From assembly GCA_001782235.1 (NCBI GenBank), contig MFOC01000007.1:315909-379908 (forward strand): a DNA stretch of 64,000 nucleotides. Direction: 5' to 3'. Made by a program: the position numbers and the translations under genes. This document shows, in pieces, positions 1 through 10,361 of this stretch (its first letter is position 1; the number at the start of each line of letters is the position of its first letter). The notes under the pieces were generated by a model. That model had not been told where the DNA came from. It saw only the letters and a program-made list of their open reading frames with translations, and made no database searches. This DNA comes from Candidatus Levybacteria bacterium RIFCSPHIGHO2_02_FULL_40_18. Its GTDB lineage: Bacteria; Patescibacteriota; Microgenomatia; Levybacterales; GWA1-39-11.

Positions 1-107
1 GTCACGCGGTATCAGGCATGCTCCCAAAAAACAAATTAAGGGCATCGATGCTAAGAAGACTTTATGTATTTTCGGGAGAACAACATCCATATGAAAACAA
101 GTTCTAA
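1..107 (+). CDS. rplM: 50S ribosomal protein L13, 3' fragment (truncated by window edge)
   Basis: Frame from nt 3 reads [34 protein letters not shown], the typical L13 C-terminus, directly upstream of S9. Confidence 0.92.
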   Translation, partial: HAVSGMLPKNKLRASMLRRLYVFSGEQHPYENKF

Positions 108-531
108 AAATTTTATTTTTGCCAAAGGTGGAAGAAAAGAAGCAGTTGCCCGCATACGGCTTTATAATATGGGCAAAGCATCAATTGATGGAGTCGAACT
201 CAAAAAAGGAGACATATTTGTAAATAGTAAACCGATTCAAGAATATTTTAGATTTAGCGCTTATGCTCCAATCTATAATAAATTTATACTTGATACCGGT
301 ATAAGCGGAAAGTACCCTTTTAGTATAAAAGTTGAGGGTGGGGGATTGGCAGGGCAATTAGACGCGGTAATTCTTGGAATGGCGAGAGCTCTTGACAAAT
401 TAGATCGCGAGCAATATCACAAAGTTCTTAGAAACCACGGATATCTGACTCGCGACGCTCGGGAGCGTGAGCGCCGAAAAGTCGGAATGGGCGGCAAAGC
501 TCGTCGCAAAAAACAATCGCCTAAACGTTAG
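91..531 (+). CDS. rpsI: 30S ribosomal protein S9
   Basis: [16 protein letters not shown] and [25 protein letters not shown] motifs; ATG at 91 preferred over 64. Confidence 0.97.
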   Translation: MKTSSKNFIFAKGGRKEAVARIRLYNMGKASIDGVELKKGDIFVNSKPIQEYFRFSAYAPIYNKFILDTGISGKYPFSIKVEGGGLAGQLDAVILGMARALDKLDREQYHKVLRNHGYLTRDARERERRKVGMGGKARRKKQSPKR

Positions 532-1033
532 CCTTACGCAAAAGTTTTGTTATTACCTCGAAGGAGAAGCCTTTTCTTTGTAAAAATCCTCCCATTTTCT
601 TTTTAAATTGGTCTGGCGGAAGTTTGCCCAGGGTTTTTTTCTTTTTGTCGAACAAAATTCGGGCTGTTTCAAAATCGTCTTGTGCTTCTTTTAACAATGA
701 TTCGATTATATCTCCGTTTAACCCTTTTAGGCGAAGTTCATTTTTGAGAATAAATTTACTTCTTCCTTTGTGTTTTTGGCGGGATTCAATCCACTGGCGG
801 GCGAACTCTTCATCGTTTAAAAACTTTAAATCAATAAGTTTTTTTAAAACTGAATTTATTGTATCTTCGATAAAGTTTTTCCGAAGTAAATAATCATAAA
901 CTTCTTTAACACTGCGATCTCGATACGAGAGGTATTTTAACGAATAATTAAAGGCCCGTTCGACGGGCTCAGGGTAAACCTGCGAGCGATTTTCTTCAGA
1001 GTTATTTTTAGGCGGCAAGTTCTTCTTCCTCAT
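521..1033 (-). CDS. recX: Regulatory protein RecX
   Basis: [18 protein letters not shown] and FLQRKGF motifs; immediately downstream of recA; start uncertain. Confidence 0.9.
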   Translation of the reverse strand: MRKKNLPPKNNSEENRSQVYPEPVERAFNYSLKYLSYRDRSVKEVYDYLLRKNFIEDTINSVLKKLIDLKFLNDEEFARQWIESRQKHKGRSKFILKNELRLKGLNGDIIESLLKEAQDDFETARILFDKKKKTLGKLPPDQFKKKMGGFLQRKGFSFEVITKLLRKANV

Positions 1034-2102
1034 TCTCTTCAACACCTACCGCAATAAGAGGTTTTTGGGTTTTTGATTTTTCCATTACTTCTGCGGTTAT
1101 TTTCTTTTGAATTTCAGGATTCTCGCGAATATAAGCTACGGCCGCAAGTTTTCCTTGACCAAGCATTAGATCTCCGAAACGTAAGAATGCACCTGTTTTT
1201 GAAATTACCCCTGTCTCAATCCCAACGTCTAAAATATTTCCTTCCTTTGAAATTCCTTCATGTGCCAAGACATCAAACTCGGCAACTCGGAATGGCGGGG
1301 CCACCTTATTTTTAACAATCTTGACACGGACGCGGCTGCCAATTGGTTTGTCTCCGTCCTTTAGGACCTCAATTTTTCTAGTATCAAGACGTACAGATGC
1401 ATAGAATTTTAAAGCCATGCCTCCGGTTGTCGTCTCAGGATTACCAAACATTATTCCAATTTTTTGTCTAAGTTGGTTTGTAAATATGACAATTGTTTTA
1501 CTTTTTGATATTGCTGCGGTAAGTTTTCGTAAGGCTTGTGACATAAGACGGGCCTGCATTCCCATCATGGCATCTCCCATTTCTCCTTCAATTTCGGCGC
1601 GTGGGACAAGAGCTGCAACAGAATCGATAACGATAACATCTAGCCCACCGCTTCTAATAAGCTGCTCTGTTATCTCAAGAGCTTGTTCCCCCGTGTCCGG
1701 TTGAGAAATTAATAGATCGTCAAGTTTCACTCCAATAGTTTGGGCCCAAAGAGGATCCAGTGCGTGTTCTGCGTCTATGAATGCTGCTACTCCGCCTCTT
1801 TTTTGTGCCTCTGCAATAACCGAGAGCGCCAAAGTGGTCTTGCCAGATGCCTCAGGTCCATAAATCTCAACAATTCTTCCGCGCGGAAGGCCTCCAACAC
1901 CAAGCGCTAAATCTAATGCCAATGAGCCGGTTGAAATTACATCAACTACCATACGTTCTGCAGCGTCTCCAAATTTCATGATCGAACCCTTGCCGTATTG
2001 TCTCTGGATTTGTTCCATTGCCATTGAGATTGCGGTGAGCTTTTCCGATTGAGGAGATTTTGAAGGGCCGTTTCCAACTTGAGTTTTGGAGTGTCTCGCC
2101 AT
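1008..2102 (-). CDS. recA: Recombinase A
   Basis: GPEASGKTT Walker [37 protein letters not shown]. Confidence 0.99.
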   Translation of the reverse strand: MARHSKTQVGNGPSKSPQSEKLTAISMAMEQIQRQYGKGSIMKFGDAAERMVVDVISTGSLALDLALGVGGLPRGRIVEIYGPEASGKTTLALSVIAEAQKRGGVAAFIDAEHALDPLWAQTIGVKLDDLLISQPDTGEQALEITEQLIRSGGLDVIVIDSVAALVPRAEIEGEMGDAMMGMQARLMSQALRKLTAAISKSKTIVIFTNQLRQKIGIMFGNPETTTGGMALKFYASVRLDTRKIEVLKDGDKPIGSRVRVKIVKNKVAPPFRVAEFDVLAHEGISKEGNILDVGIETGVISKTGAFLRFGDLMLGQGKLAAVAYIRENPEIQKKITAEVMEKSKTQKPLIAVGVEENEEEELAA

Positions 2103-2170
2103 AAGTGAGCCCATTTTAGGAAACTTTATTATAAATTGCAATAGATCAAAACCTATGTAACAATGTTATT

Positions 2171-2701
2171 ATGGCTAAGGATCCTGTTGAAAAATTTATT
2201 TCTGAGAATGTTCATTATTCAAAGAATAAGGATGATCTTTTAGATGTTCACATAGGAAATCCTCTTCGTCGAATTACGGAACTACTCGAAGAAATCAAAA
2301 GACAAAAAGCTTTCTCGTTTACTCTCAAGGGAAGTCTTGGTATTGCGGGGGTAATTCTCACTCTTTCGATTCTTGGGATTCTTGGGGCGGGGAATTTGCT
2401 TTGCGCCAAAGGTGTCCAGAAACAAATCGGGGTAGTCAAAGTATTAAACATAAAAGAAAAAGAGCCTCCGGCAATTCCCTTATTTTCCGACGTGATAGAT
2501 CTTTTTTTCGCAAGGCCAAAGCACAATAGCGTTGTTCTTGTTAAATCGGACGATACGGTTATCACGCTTCCATATTCAAGGAGTGTCAGCCTCAATCAAT
2601 ATGCCAGCCTTCCTGTAATTGCAACGGGAGATTATGACTCCTGCGGGCAGACGCTGACAATAAAAGACCCCACCGCAATCGAGATTTATACTTCACGATA
2701 A
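2171..2701 (+). CDS. Hypothetical membrane-anchored protein
   Basis: 176-aa ORF with one hydrophobic segment; divergent from recA. Confidence 0.7.
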   Translation: MAKDPVEKFISENVHYSKNKDDLLDVHIGNPLRRITELLEEIKRQKAFSFTLKGSLGIAGVILTLSILGILGAGNLLCAKGVQKQIGVVKVLNIKEKEPPAIPLFSDVIDLFFARPKHNSVVLVKSDDTVITLPYSRSVSLNQYASLPVIATGDYDSCGQTLTIKDPTAIEIYTSR

Positions 2702-2916
2702 TGGCTTGGATTAGAATCTTTAGGACAAGAAAGGAAGCGCTCTGGGCACAAAAAATTTTAGAGAAAGGCGGATTCAAAACTACTATCTCAGAAGATAAGC
2801 TTTTTGGAATTCCCATTCAGCGATTCGGTGTTCCGGCTCGATTTAGATTGTTAATCGAACGAGCGGATTTAGAAAAAGCTGCCGAATTCCTCGCCAAAAA
2901 AATCAAAAAGAAATAG
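2701..2916 (+). CDS. Small DUF2007-like (putative signal-transducing) protein
   Basis: W..I..F....EA......LE..G pattern and C-terminal RLLI...DLEKA.E.L. Confidence 0.55.
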   Translation: MAWIRIFRTRKEALWAQKILEKGGFKTTISEDKLFGIPIQRFGVPARFRLLIERADLEKAAEFLAKKIKKK

Positions 2917-3135
2917 ATTTGTCGAGTTGCTAAGACGAACCTTGAACTTTTTATACCACTTCGCGAGTCGATAAACAAATACTGGGATAGAAGTAAATAT
3001 GACTACGCCGTTTTTAGCCAAATAATCCTAGAATCTAGCAACGAATTTCAGTATAATGGAATGTACCGATATTAAGGAATATATCGAATAAATGCGCCAT
3101 GTGTCGCAATAAATTGCCCACCATGATAAATCACT

Positions 3136-4479
3136 ATGTCAATAATTCGAAAAGAAAAAATTACAAAACCTCGGATACTGTTTTTAGACTTCGACCCAAA
3201 GGTTGTTAAAGCGATTGCAGAAAAGGGCTACTTCACGATTCAAGGTGATTCTGGCCTAAGTGGGAAACCGACGAAAATCCCACAACACCCCAGTGAAGTG
3301 GAATTGATTTTTTGGGATTGCTCTAAATTGACCGTACGACCTTCTGGTATGGGCTTCTCACCCGATTATGACGCTATTCAAAAAATCCAGCCATATTTTA
3401 CATACGTAAGAAGTAAAAATGGGACAACTACTGTGTTGTTATCACGCGACACAATCGTCCCGAAGCATATTTCTGGTGCTACTGGTTACACTTTTGGTCT
3501 TACCCCACGCTCTACAACGAATATAATTCCGCCCACTTATGAGGAAGAAGGTATAGAACACTTAAAACCGCTTTTAGAACGCTTCGTACAAGACGAGAAC
3601 ATAAAGTTTTCAATCGGTTGGCTAGACAACAAAGTTGGGTACACTGATTTTTATACAGACGAGGACAATAATCGGTTTGTTGGGTTTTCTGACCCTGACT
3701 TGCTTATTTTCCCTTACGTAAATAGCCAGGTCGACTTTATTTTGTGCGCTCTGCAAGACTGTTTCCCTTATATGACAAACGAGGATATATTTCCTGACAT
3801 TCACAACGTAGTGTGGCTAAATTCAGACGAATTTATTTATCCAGAAGTGAAAACGCTTGAAGGCGAAATTGTCGACATACAGATAAAAGCACAAGAACAA
3901 ATAGGTAATGTCGAGAAGAAAATTCAGATTGTTCGTGACAAAACATCATTTTTGAACCAGGCGTTAATAGCCGACGACAGCGACGCATTTAACGAGGAAG
4001 GTAAGCTTAAACCACAGGTTGTAAAAATGTTTAAAGTATTAGGTTTTAAAGTAACTGACCTGGACGAAGAAAATAAAAAGTTAGGTCAGGCTCTAAAAGA
4101 AGATATACAAATATCAGATAGCGGATATTTCGCCTTAGTAGAGGTAAAAGGTACAGAACGAGGGGCGAAGGCTTCTTGGATTCGAGTCGACCTGAACGCG
4201 CACATCACAGAATATGCAAGAATAAAAAAAGTAGAAACTGTAAACCTCTGTTCTATGTTGGTTTTTAACCACGAACGACGAATAAACCCGCTAGACAGGA
4301 CGCCGCCGTTTGCTTCCGACCCAAATCTGATTACCTACTGTACGGATAGTAACATCACGCTTATACCGATTTACGAGCTATACAAACTCTGTGTAGCGGT
4401 ATTAACTGATAAAGTTAGTGTGGAAGACGCCCGAACTAAGCTAAAAAATCCAGGTTTATATAAATTTACAGAGAAATAA
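3136..4479 (+). CDS. Hypothetical protein with possible C-terminal PD-(D/E)XK-like nuclease region
   Basis: 447-aa ORF; coiled coil followed by EDIQISDSGYFALVEVKG (D...EVK). Confidence 0.5.
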   Translation: MSIIRKEKITKPRILFLDFDPKVVKAIAEKGYFTIQGDSGLSGKPTKIPQHPSEVELIFWDCSKLTVRPSGMGFSPDYDAIQKIQPYFTYVRSKNGTTTVLLSRDTIVPKHISGATGYTFGLTPRSTTNIIPPTYEEEGIEHLKPLLERFVQDENIKFSIGWLDNKVGYTDFYTDEDNNRFVGFSDPDLLIFPYVNSQVDFILCALQDCFPYMTNEDIFPDIHNVVWLNSDEFIYPEVKTLEGEIVDIQIKAQEQIGNVEKKIQIVRDKTSFLNQALIADDSDAFNEEGKLKPQVVKMFKVLGFKVTDLDEENKKLGQALKEDIQISDSGYFALVEVKGTERGAKASWIRVDLNAHITEYARIKKVETVNLCSMLVFNHERRINPLDRTPPFASDPNLITYCTDSNITLIPIYELYKLCVAVLTDKVSVEDARTKLKNPGLYKFTEK

Positions 4480-4480
4480 T

Positions 4481-4723
4481 ATGACTAATCAGAACGATAC
4501 AAAGCAAAACACACCAGCAAAAGCTAACCCTGTTAAGCAAGTGGTAGAAGTAATGAGAAAAATTGACACAAAGTCGCCAGACGCCGCCCAAGAAAGGACA
4601 AAAAGACTAGCTTCGGTTGTGGGTCCACAACCGTTTTGTGGTACTAATTTTGAAATCCACAACTGCCCACAACTTAGCCTCGGCTGTCCACAAACTTGTG
4701 GAGTCCACAAGTTGTGGGATTAA
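4481..4723 (+). CDS. Small hypothetical ORF (3' half made of CCACAA/TTGTGG repeats; coding status uncertain)
   Basis: ATG 1 nt after the upstream stop; C-terminal half overlaps the repeat cluster. Confidence 0.35.
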   Translation: MTNQNDTKQNTPAKANPVKQVVEVMRKIDTKSPDAAQERTKRLASVVGPQPFCGTNFEIHNCPQLSLGCPQTCGVHKLWD

Positions 4724-4734
4724 GATACCCACAA
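4614..4734. repeat. Cluster of ten CCACAA/TTGTGG hexamers, partly palindromic
   Basis: Copies at 4617, 4625, 4636, 4657, 4667, 4688, 4696, 4705, 4712, 4729. Confidence 0.85.
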
Positions 4735-4780
4735 ACAGACTTTTGTTGAAAGAATGTTTTCCAAATGCTAAGATTGATTC

Positions 4781-6595
4781 ATGTTTGATGATGATCCTAA
4801 AACCCCTACTAGAGACTTCTTTACTTCATTCACAAATTCAAAAGCAATAGGCGTAATAGTTGTTATTGGATTGATAGTTTTTTTTAACAGTTTATCAAAT
4901 CCATTTATCCTTGATGATAATGTTCAGATTCTTAATAATGCATCTATAAATAGCTTAAGCAATATCCCTTTATATTTTTTAAGAGGTGAAATATTTTCGG
5001 ATATTCCTTCAGTAAATATATTACAAATGCACTATAAGCCACTTTTTTATTCTGCTTATTCACTGATATATTTTTTTTCAGGTGACAATCCTGCGCTATT
5101 CCATTTAGTTCAATTAACGATATACATAGCAAATTCAATTTTGATTTTCTTTATTTTCTCACGCTTTCTGAACAAAGCGTTGTCACTTATTCTATCACTT
5201 ATACTGTTGGTTCACCCCATTAATAGTGAAGTTGCAATTTATATTGCTGACTTGCAAGATGTAATTTTTGTATTGTTTGGCTTATTAGCTTTTTATATCA
5301 CCATAAAAATTAAACATCCTATTACCTATAGATATATATTTTTATTATCATTTTTGTTACTTAGTTCACTTCTGTCAAAAGAGACAGGAATCCTCTTTTT
5401 AATTATTTGTCTATTCTATAGTTGGTTATTTAGTCGAAAAAGCCTCAAGCTAGTCACTGTCGGTGTTTCGATTTCATTAATTTCCTACATATCCCTCAGG
5501 TATTTAGCTTCATTGTCACCCTTATCGACTATAATACTACCCTCTGTTATTCAGTCAGCTCCTATTTTTAATGTTCTTTTAACTGTCCCTAAAATACTTC
5601 TTTATTATCTATCCAATTTCTTATACCCAGTTAATTTAGCAGTAGGACAAGAGTGGATAGTCAGACAGATTAGTTTTCAAGACTTTTATTTCCCAATTCT
5701 TCTTGATACGCTAGCCATCTTCGCTTTTGTTATCTGTGGAACCTTTCTCTATAGAAATAAAAGAAACTTACTTAAACAATTCATATTTTTTTCCTTATGG
5801 TTTTGGCTAGGCATGATAATTCATCTACAAATAATACAACTAGATTTTACTGTCGCAGATAGATGGTTTTATTTTCCGATAATAGGTCTTGCGGGAGCTA
5901 TGGGAACAGTGATAACAAGTTTTAAGTATGAAGGTAACAAGCGAAACTTAAAGAGCATCTTGGTCGCTATATTTATCTTTTTAATACTAATACTTTCAAT
6001 ATTAACTATTATAAGAAATTCACAGTGGCAAACTCCGTTAAAACTTTATGCACACGATGCAAAGTATGCGGAGAGCCCAGAGATTTACACTTATTACGGA
6101 GGACTTCTTATTCATGAGGGAAGGCACGATGAGGCCAAACTATATTTAGAAAAATCCATATCTCTAGATCCTTATCTTGGAAGCAACATAAATAACTTAG
6201 CTAAGCTTTATGTGTATAAAAAGGATTTTGCAAAAGCAAAAGAATTATATAGGCGTAATATAAGATCTAATAAAAGAAAATTAAGCCATAAGGACATTTC
6301 TTATATTGGATTAGCTCAAATTGAACTATTTATTGATAAGGATGCGCAAGAGGCAAAAAAATTTTCTCTACTCGCAACAAAAGAAAATAATTTTAATCTA
6401 AATGCTTTATTATATTTAGCGTTATCTGAATATCAACTTGGGGAGAGAGAAAAATCACTTCAAACAGCTCAAAAACTTTATACATCTGACCCCAGTCAGA
6501 AAAATCAGAGACTGTATTTACTAATTAAAGAAAATAAACTTTTATCAATAAGTGATCCTGCTTATGGACAAATATTTTTCGATTCAGAACGCTAA
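4781..6595 (+). CDS. TMTC/PMT-like GT-C membrane glycosyltransferase with C-terminal TPR repeats
   Basis: FILDD..QI, HYKPL, LVHPINSEV, LLSKET, VADRWFYFP, RNSQW motifs, then TPR-like helices. Confidence 0.8.
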   Translation: MFDDDPKTPTRDFFTSFTNSKAIGVIVVIGLIVFFNSLSNPFILDDNVQILNNASINSLSNIPLYFLRGEIFSDIPSVNILQMHYKPLFYSAYSLIYFFSGDNPALFHLVQLTIYIANSILIFFIFSRFLNKALSLILSLILLVHPINSEVAIYIADLQDVIFVLFGLLAFYITIKIKHPITYRYIFLLSFLLLSSLLSKETGILFLIICLFYSWLFSRKSLKLVTVGVSISLISYISLRYLASLSPLSTIILPSVIQSAPIFNVLLTVPKILLYYLSNFLYPVNLAVGQEWIVRQISFQDFYFPILLDTLAIFAFVICGTFLYRNKRNLLKQFIFFSLWFWLGMIIHLQIIQLDFTVADRWFYFPIIGLAGAMGTVITSFKYEGNKRNLKSILVAIFIFLILILSILTIIRNSQWQTPLKLYAHDAKYAESPEIYTYYGGLLIHEGRHDEAKLYLEKSISLDPYLGSNINNLAKLYVYKKDFAKAKELYRRNIRSNKRKLSHKDISYIGLAQIELFIDKDAQEAKKFSLLATKENNFNLNALLYLALSEYQLGEREKSLQTAQKLYTSDPSQKNQRLYLLIKENKLLSISDPAYGQIFFDSER

Positions 6596-6837
6596 TATTA
6601 ACGTAGCGCATCATAACAATTCTAGGATAAGCCAAACCTGTGCGAATTATATAGTTGAATCGATAATTTACCAGTTAATTAGTTATGTGTATTTTTCTAA
6701 TTAATATTTGTCAGAATTCAAATATCTTTAAATCATTGATTTTTTAAATATGCTTCTTCCGGACTTCCCAGACTGTTATGATCTATTTTACTCCAGTTGA
6801 CTTATTGATTTTAAGGTGATATGTTTATTTAATTAGA

Positions 6838-8559
6838 ATGAATAGCTTAATTAAAAAGCTAGGTATATTACTAACAACTTTCACGTTTCTTCTTTTTGGA
6901 TTTTTTATTACCGCTCATGCAAATCAAGCACTTGCACACACACTCTCGGGGAATGTTTCAGAAGCATCTGGTACAGATATAGTTGGAGCTGTTGTTGATG
7001 TAATTGATACAACTACTAGTAATAATATAGGAAGTGACACTACAGACAGTTCCGGAAATTATAGCGTAGAAGTAAATAGCGGGACATATGATATAGAAGT
7101 TACACCACCGGGAGGAAGTGGATTTGGCTCCGCAATTGCCCCGAGCAGAACTATTTCGGGTGATACTGTTGTAAATTTTATTTTAGTTCCTGCTGGGCCT
7201 GTTATTCTTAGCGGTCATGTATACGATCGATCTGGAAATGCTGTTCCTAATCAAACGGTAAGATTAGGGGATTCAGCTGGTAATACAACAAGTACGACTA
7301 CAAACAGCAATGGCGAATATTCTTTGCAAGTGTCGCCAGGTACTTTCCGTCTTGATGTAACTGGAGACAATAACCCTGTAACCCTAGAGATTCCAAGAAG
7401 GTACGAGATTACAAAGAATGGTTATTCTCTTACTCAGAGTACGACTTTAGATATTACAATTCCTGCAAAACAAGTAATTACTCATGTCCAAGATGCATCA
7501 GGAAACTCTATAAGTGGAATAGAGATTACCGTTGTACCTCCAACTGGTGTATCAGGAGGAGGTTATTCTATTGGTGGAGGTATTACAAATGCATTTGGCT
7601 CTTCCAGATATGTTAGTCCTGGATTAGTCACGAATCAGAACGGAGACGTAACATTTTGGCTTCTCCCGAATGAAGGGGGCGGCAATACCTATACCTTTAC
7701 AGCAACGCCACCAAGCGGAAGCATTTATTCACCTTTCAATTTAAATAATGTAGTTGTGGTATCGGATCAGACAGAAATAGTTTCACTGCAATTTATTCAT
7801 GATGCGCCGGTTACGACAGCAAACTTGGCAACCCAAAATGCAGACGGAACATACTCTGATCCGACAACAGTCACGCTTTCCGCAACGGCAGCGGAAGGAT
7901 TTACCATTGCCAATACTTATTACACGATTGATGGCGGTGCTCAACAGACTTATTCATCCCCTTTTCAAGTTTCAGGTGATGGACAGCACGCAATCACATT
8001 TTGGTCTATAGATAATGTTGGAGTTTTTGAAAATCCAAATGAACAAATCTTCACGATTAACGCAGTAGATCAGCTTACCTCCCTCTCCCCTGCCAACATC
8101 TGGATAGGTCTTAAGAACAGTGATGATGTTGGAACAAGATTTGATTTGAAAGCCGAAGTGTATAAAAATAGTACTGAACTTGTTAGTTCTGGACAGTTGG
8201 ACAATGTCTGGGGAGGGAGCAGCGGTTTTAATAATGCCAACCTACAAACCATTCCATTTAACACTTTTTCACCTGTAGATTTTCCAGAAGGATCAACTTT
8301 AAGCATTAAGCTATACGTTAGAAATGCTTGTCAAGGGCCTACGCATAATTCAGGAACTGCTCGTCTATGGTATGATGATGCGGCGGCTAATAGTAGATTC
8401 GATGCAACAATAGAAGGAAGCAATAGCAATTACTATCTTAGAAACAATTTTGTTCTTTCAACAGCAGTCGGTATCGGTCCAAAACAAAAGATTGATGTTC
8501 AGGCAGGATCTAAGTGCAGTCCTTTCAAGACCTTTGGAACATGGAGTATCACTCCGTAA
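6838..8559 (+). CDS. Secreted surface protein with carboxypeptidase-regulatory-like (Cna-B type) repeats and Ig-like domain
   Basis: Signal peptide; repeated LSG.V.D.SG....TD.SG.YS units; TYYTIDG...YSSPF.VSGDG.H.ITFWSIDN.G. Confidence 0.75.
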   Translation: MNSLIKKLGILLTTFTFLLFGFFITAHANQALAHTLSGNVSEASGTDIVGAVVDVIDTTTSNNIGSDTTDSSGNYSVEVNSGTYDIEVTPPGGSGFGSAIAPSRTISGDTVVNFILVPAGPVILSGHVYDRSGNAVPNQTVRLGDSAGNTTSTTTNSNGEYSLQVSPGTFRLDVTGDNNPVTLEIPRRYEITKNGYSLTQSTTLDITIPAKQVITHVQDASGNSISGIEITVVPPTGVSGGGYSIGGGITNAFGSSRYVSPGLVTNQNGDVTFWLLPNEGGGNTYTFTATPPSGSIYSPFNLNNVVVVSDQTEIVSLQFIHDAPVTTANLATQNADGTYSDPTTVTLSATAAEGFTIANTYYTIDGGAQQTYSSPFQVSGDGQHAITFWSIDNVGVFENPNEQIFTINAVDQLTSLSPANIWIGLKNSDDVGTRFDLKAEVYKNSTELVSSGQLDNVWGGSSGFNNANLQTIPFNTFSPVDFPEGSTLSIKLYVRNACQGPTHNSGTARLWYDDAAANSRFDATIEGSNSNYYLRNNFVLSTAVGIGPKQKIDVQAGSKCSPFKTFGTWSITP

Positions 8560-8845
8560 TTATCCTCTTGCAAAATAAGTTTTCACATAATATATTAAAA
8601 ACGGACTCAGCTTTTCGTAGATCATCTTTTTTTGTGGCGCACTTGTTCAGCAAGGAGATGATCTGAGCTGAGTCCAACAGGTGCGCCATCTTAGATTTAG
8701 GAATACATTAAAAAAATTTTCGCGTTTTCTTTCACTTCTTTTTGTTCTCAAGTTTCCGCCGTTTTCAAAAAGGGCTTTGAAACAATCCGCGCGACCCCCC
8801 ACGCGCGGAAGATTTTTGAGCTTCCTGCAACAGACTCTCTCTGTG

Positions 8846-8916
8846 TCGGGATGTGGGGAATTGAACCCCATCCACACGCACCCCATGCGCGCATTCTACC
8901 GTTAAACTACACCCCG
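8846..8916 (-). tRNA. tRNA-Pro(GGG), CCA not encoded
   Basis: Reverse complement CGGGGTG..GTTTAACGGTAGAAT, anticodon loop AT-GGG-GT, T-arm GGGG-TTCAATT-CCCC, CATCCCG-A; C1-G72/A73 as in tRNA-Pro. Confidence 0.93.
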
Positions 8917-9004
8917 TTCGACTCGCTTCGCTCGCTCAGGGCGAGTCCGTCGATATGTTCGTATTATATCGAATCCAGTATCGAATTTGTACAATTGCTA
9001 TACT

Positions 9005-9592
9005 ATGCATGTGGAAGGTTTGATTTTTTTTGCCCAAAATTATAACCCCGTTATTGTCGGGGCTCATCTGTTTGGGGTGGTTTTGGGTTTTGGCGCGGCT
9101 TTAATAGGCGACATTTTATTTTTTAAATTCTTAAAAGACTCTAAAATCGAAGAAAAAGAGGTGGATGTCTTAAAAACAATGTCAAAAATTGTCTGGACAG
9201 GACTTTTTATAATTGTTATTTCGGGCGTTTTTTTGTTTTTGTCAGACGTCGAACGTTATTCTCAATCTTCAAAATTTCTTGTAAAGATGATTGTCGTTGG
9301 GATAATTATTCTTAATGGTGGAGTGCTCAATTTGGCTGTCGCGCCGAAACTTACGTCTATCAATTTTAGTGAACCTAGGGGTTCGGGAATTCGGAGCCTT
9401 GCGTTTGCCTGCGGCGCGATTTCAGTAACCTCCTGGTGGACGGCATTTATTTTGGGCTTAATGCACATGTCTCCTGCCCCGTTTCATGTTTTACTTTCAA
9501 TCTATCTATTTATCCTTGCCGGCGCAATACTTATAAGCCAAATTTTAGAGCGGCTTATTTCTACTCATAAAATCAACCCTCCGGTTGTATAA
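9005..9592 (+). CDS. Hypothetical multi-pass membrane protein
   Basis: About five hydrophobic segments; HLFGVVLGFGAA and KFLVKMIVV motifs. Confidence 0.75.
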   Translation: MHVEGLIFFAQNYNPVIVGAHLFGVVLGFGAALIGDILFFKFLKDSKIEEKEVDVLKTMSKIVWTGLFIIVISGVFLFLSDVERYSQSSKFLVKMIVVGIIILNGGVLNLAVAPKLTSINFSEPRGSGIRSLAFACGAISVTSWWTAFILGLMHMSPAPFHVLLSIYLFILAGAILISQILERLISTHKINPPVV

Positions 9593-9599
9593 TAGACCT

Positions 9600-9692
9600 A
9601 TGGATTTGACTAAGAAAAAGTGTAAGCCCTGTGAGGGCGGGCTTTCAATCAACGACTTTATCCTGGCCTCAAAAATCGAGCAACTTGATTAA
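9600..9692 (+). pseudogene. Internally deleted pterin-4-alpha-carbinolamine dehydratase (PhhB) remnant
   Basis: Reads MDLTKKKCKPCEGG|LSINDFILASKIEQLD*, joining the N- and C-terminal signatures of the family. Confidence 0.8.
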
Positions 9693-10258
9693 TGTCGAAG
9701 CGTTCTAAAGAGTCCAAGCAAAGAGTCAAAAATTTTTCTTTTCTCACTCTCGCCAAGACTTGAACATCTATTGTTATTACTTACCAAATCTAGAATATCT
9801 GTCCCCATTTCTTCTATCTGTTCGACTGGAACAATGGGGGGGTGATGTTTTTCAATTATTGTTATGATGTCCTGATCGATTTCTCTTCCAAAATTCAAAA
9901 TTTTTTCAGAGCTTAAAATTGGTGTTCCAACTGCTAAGGCATAAGCAATCTCCGTACCCGTGCTATGACCGACATAGCCATTGGTAGCAACAACATACAT
10001 AAACCTTGCTCTTTTTATCGCCTCAAGAAAAAGACGTTCAAGCCGTTTTTTCTCGACAAGACCCCCCCCACCCCCTAAAAAAACAAAATTTACATCCAGA
10101 TAAATGGGTTCTGAATCTGGAAGAGGATAAACAGCAAATCCACTATCTGAAAATAAAGCCGAAACGCGTTGCGTCTCCCTAAAATGATCTTCCCGTCGAT
10201 AACTTGAGGCAATAACTATGTCTTTGTCTCTGATGAAAGGGGGAATCTCGACGCTCAT
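9689..10258 (-). CDS. Hypothetical protein, nucleoside 2-deoxyribosyltransferase-like fold possible
   Basis: GYVGHSTGTEIAYALAVGTPI motif; start at MSVEIPP preferred because the longer ORF overlaps the next gene. Confidence 0.55.
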   Translation of the reverse strand: MSVEIPPFIRDKDIVIASSYRREDHFRETQRVSALFSDSGFAVYPLPDSEPIYLDVNFVFLGGGGGLVEKKRLERLFLEAIKRARFMYVVATNGYVGHSTGTEIAYALAVGTPILSSEKILNFGREIDQDIITIIEKHHPPIVPVEQIEEMGTDILDLVSNNNRCSSLGESEKRKIFDSLLGLFRTLRH

Positions 10259-10361
10259 CCCGATTATTATAACACGATTTTTTACCAGTGGGTTCGGAGG
10301 TGGTTCCCTTCGACTTACTTCGTGGATCGGTAAACTCGCCGCTCGTTCGCTCAGGGCAAGC

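Noticed and set aside
4614-4734. Chromosomal replication origin
   Set aside because: The boxes deviate from TTATCCACA, there is no dnaA/dnaN nearby, and no clear DUE.
8647-9045. Short ORFs around the tRNA; possible recombinase C-terminal remnant
   Set aside because: They overlap the tRNA or each other, and no catalytic motif is recognisable. Too weak to call.
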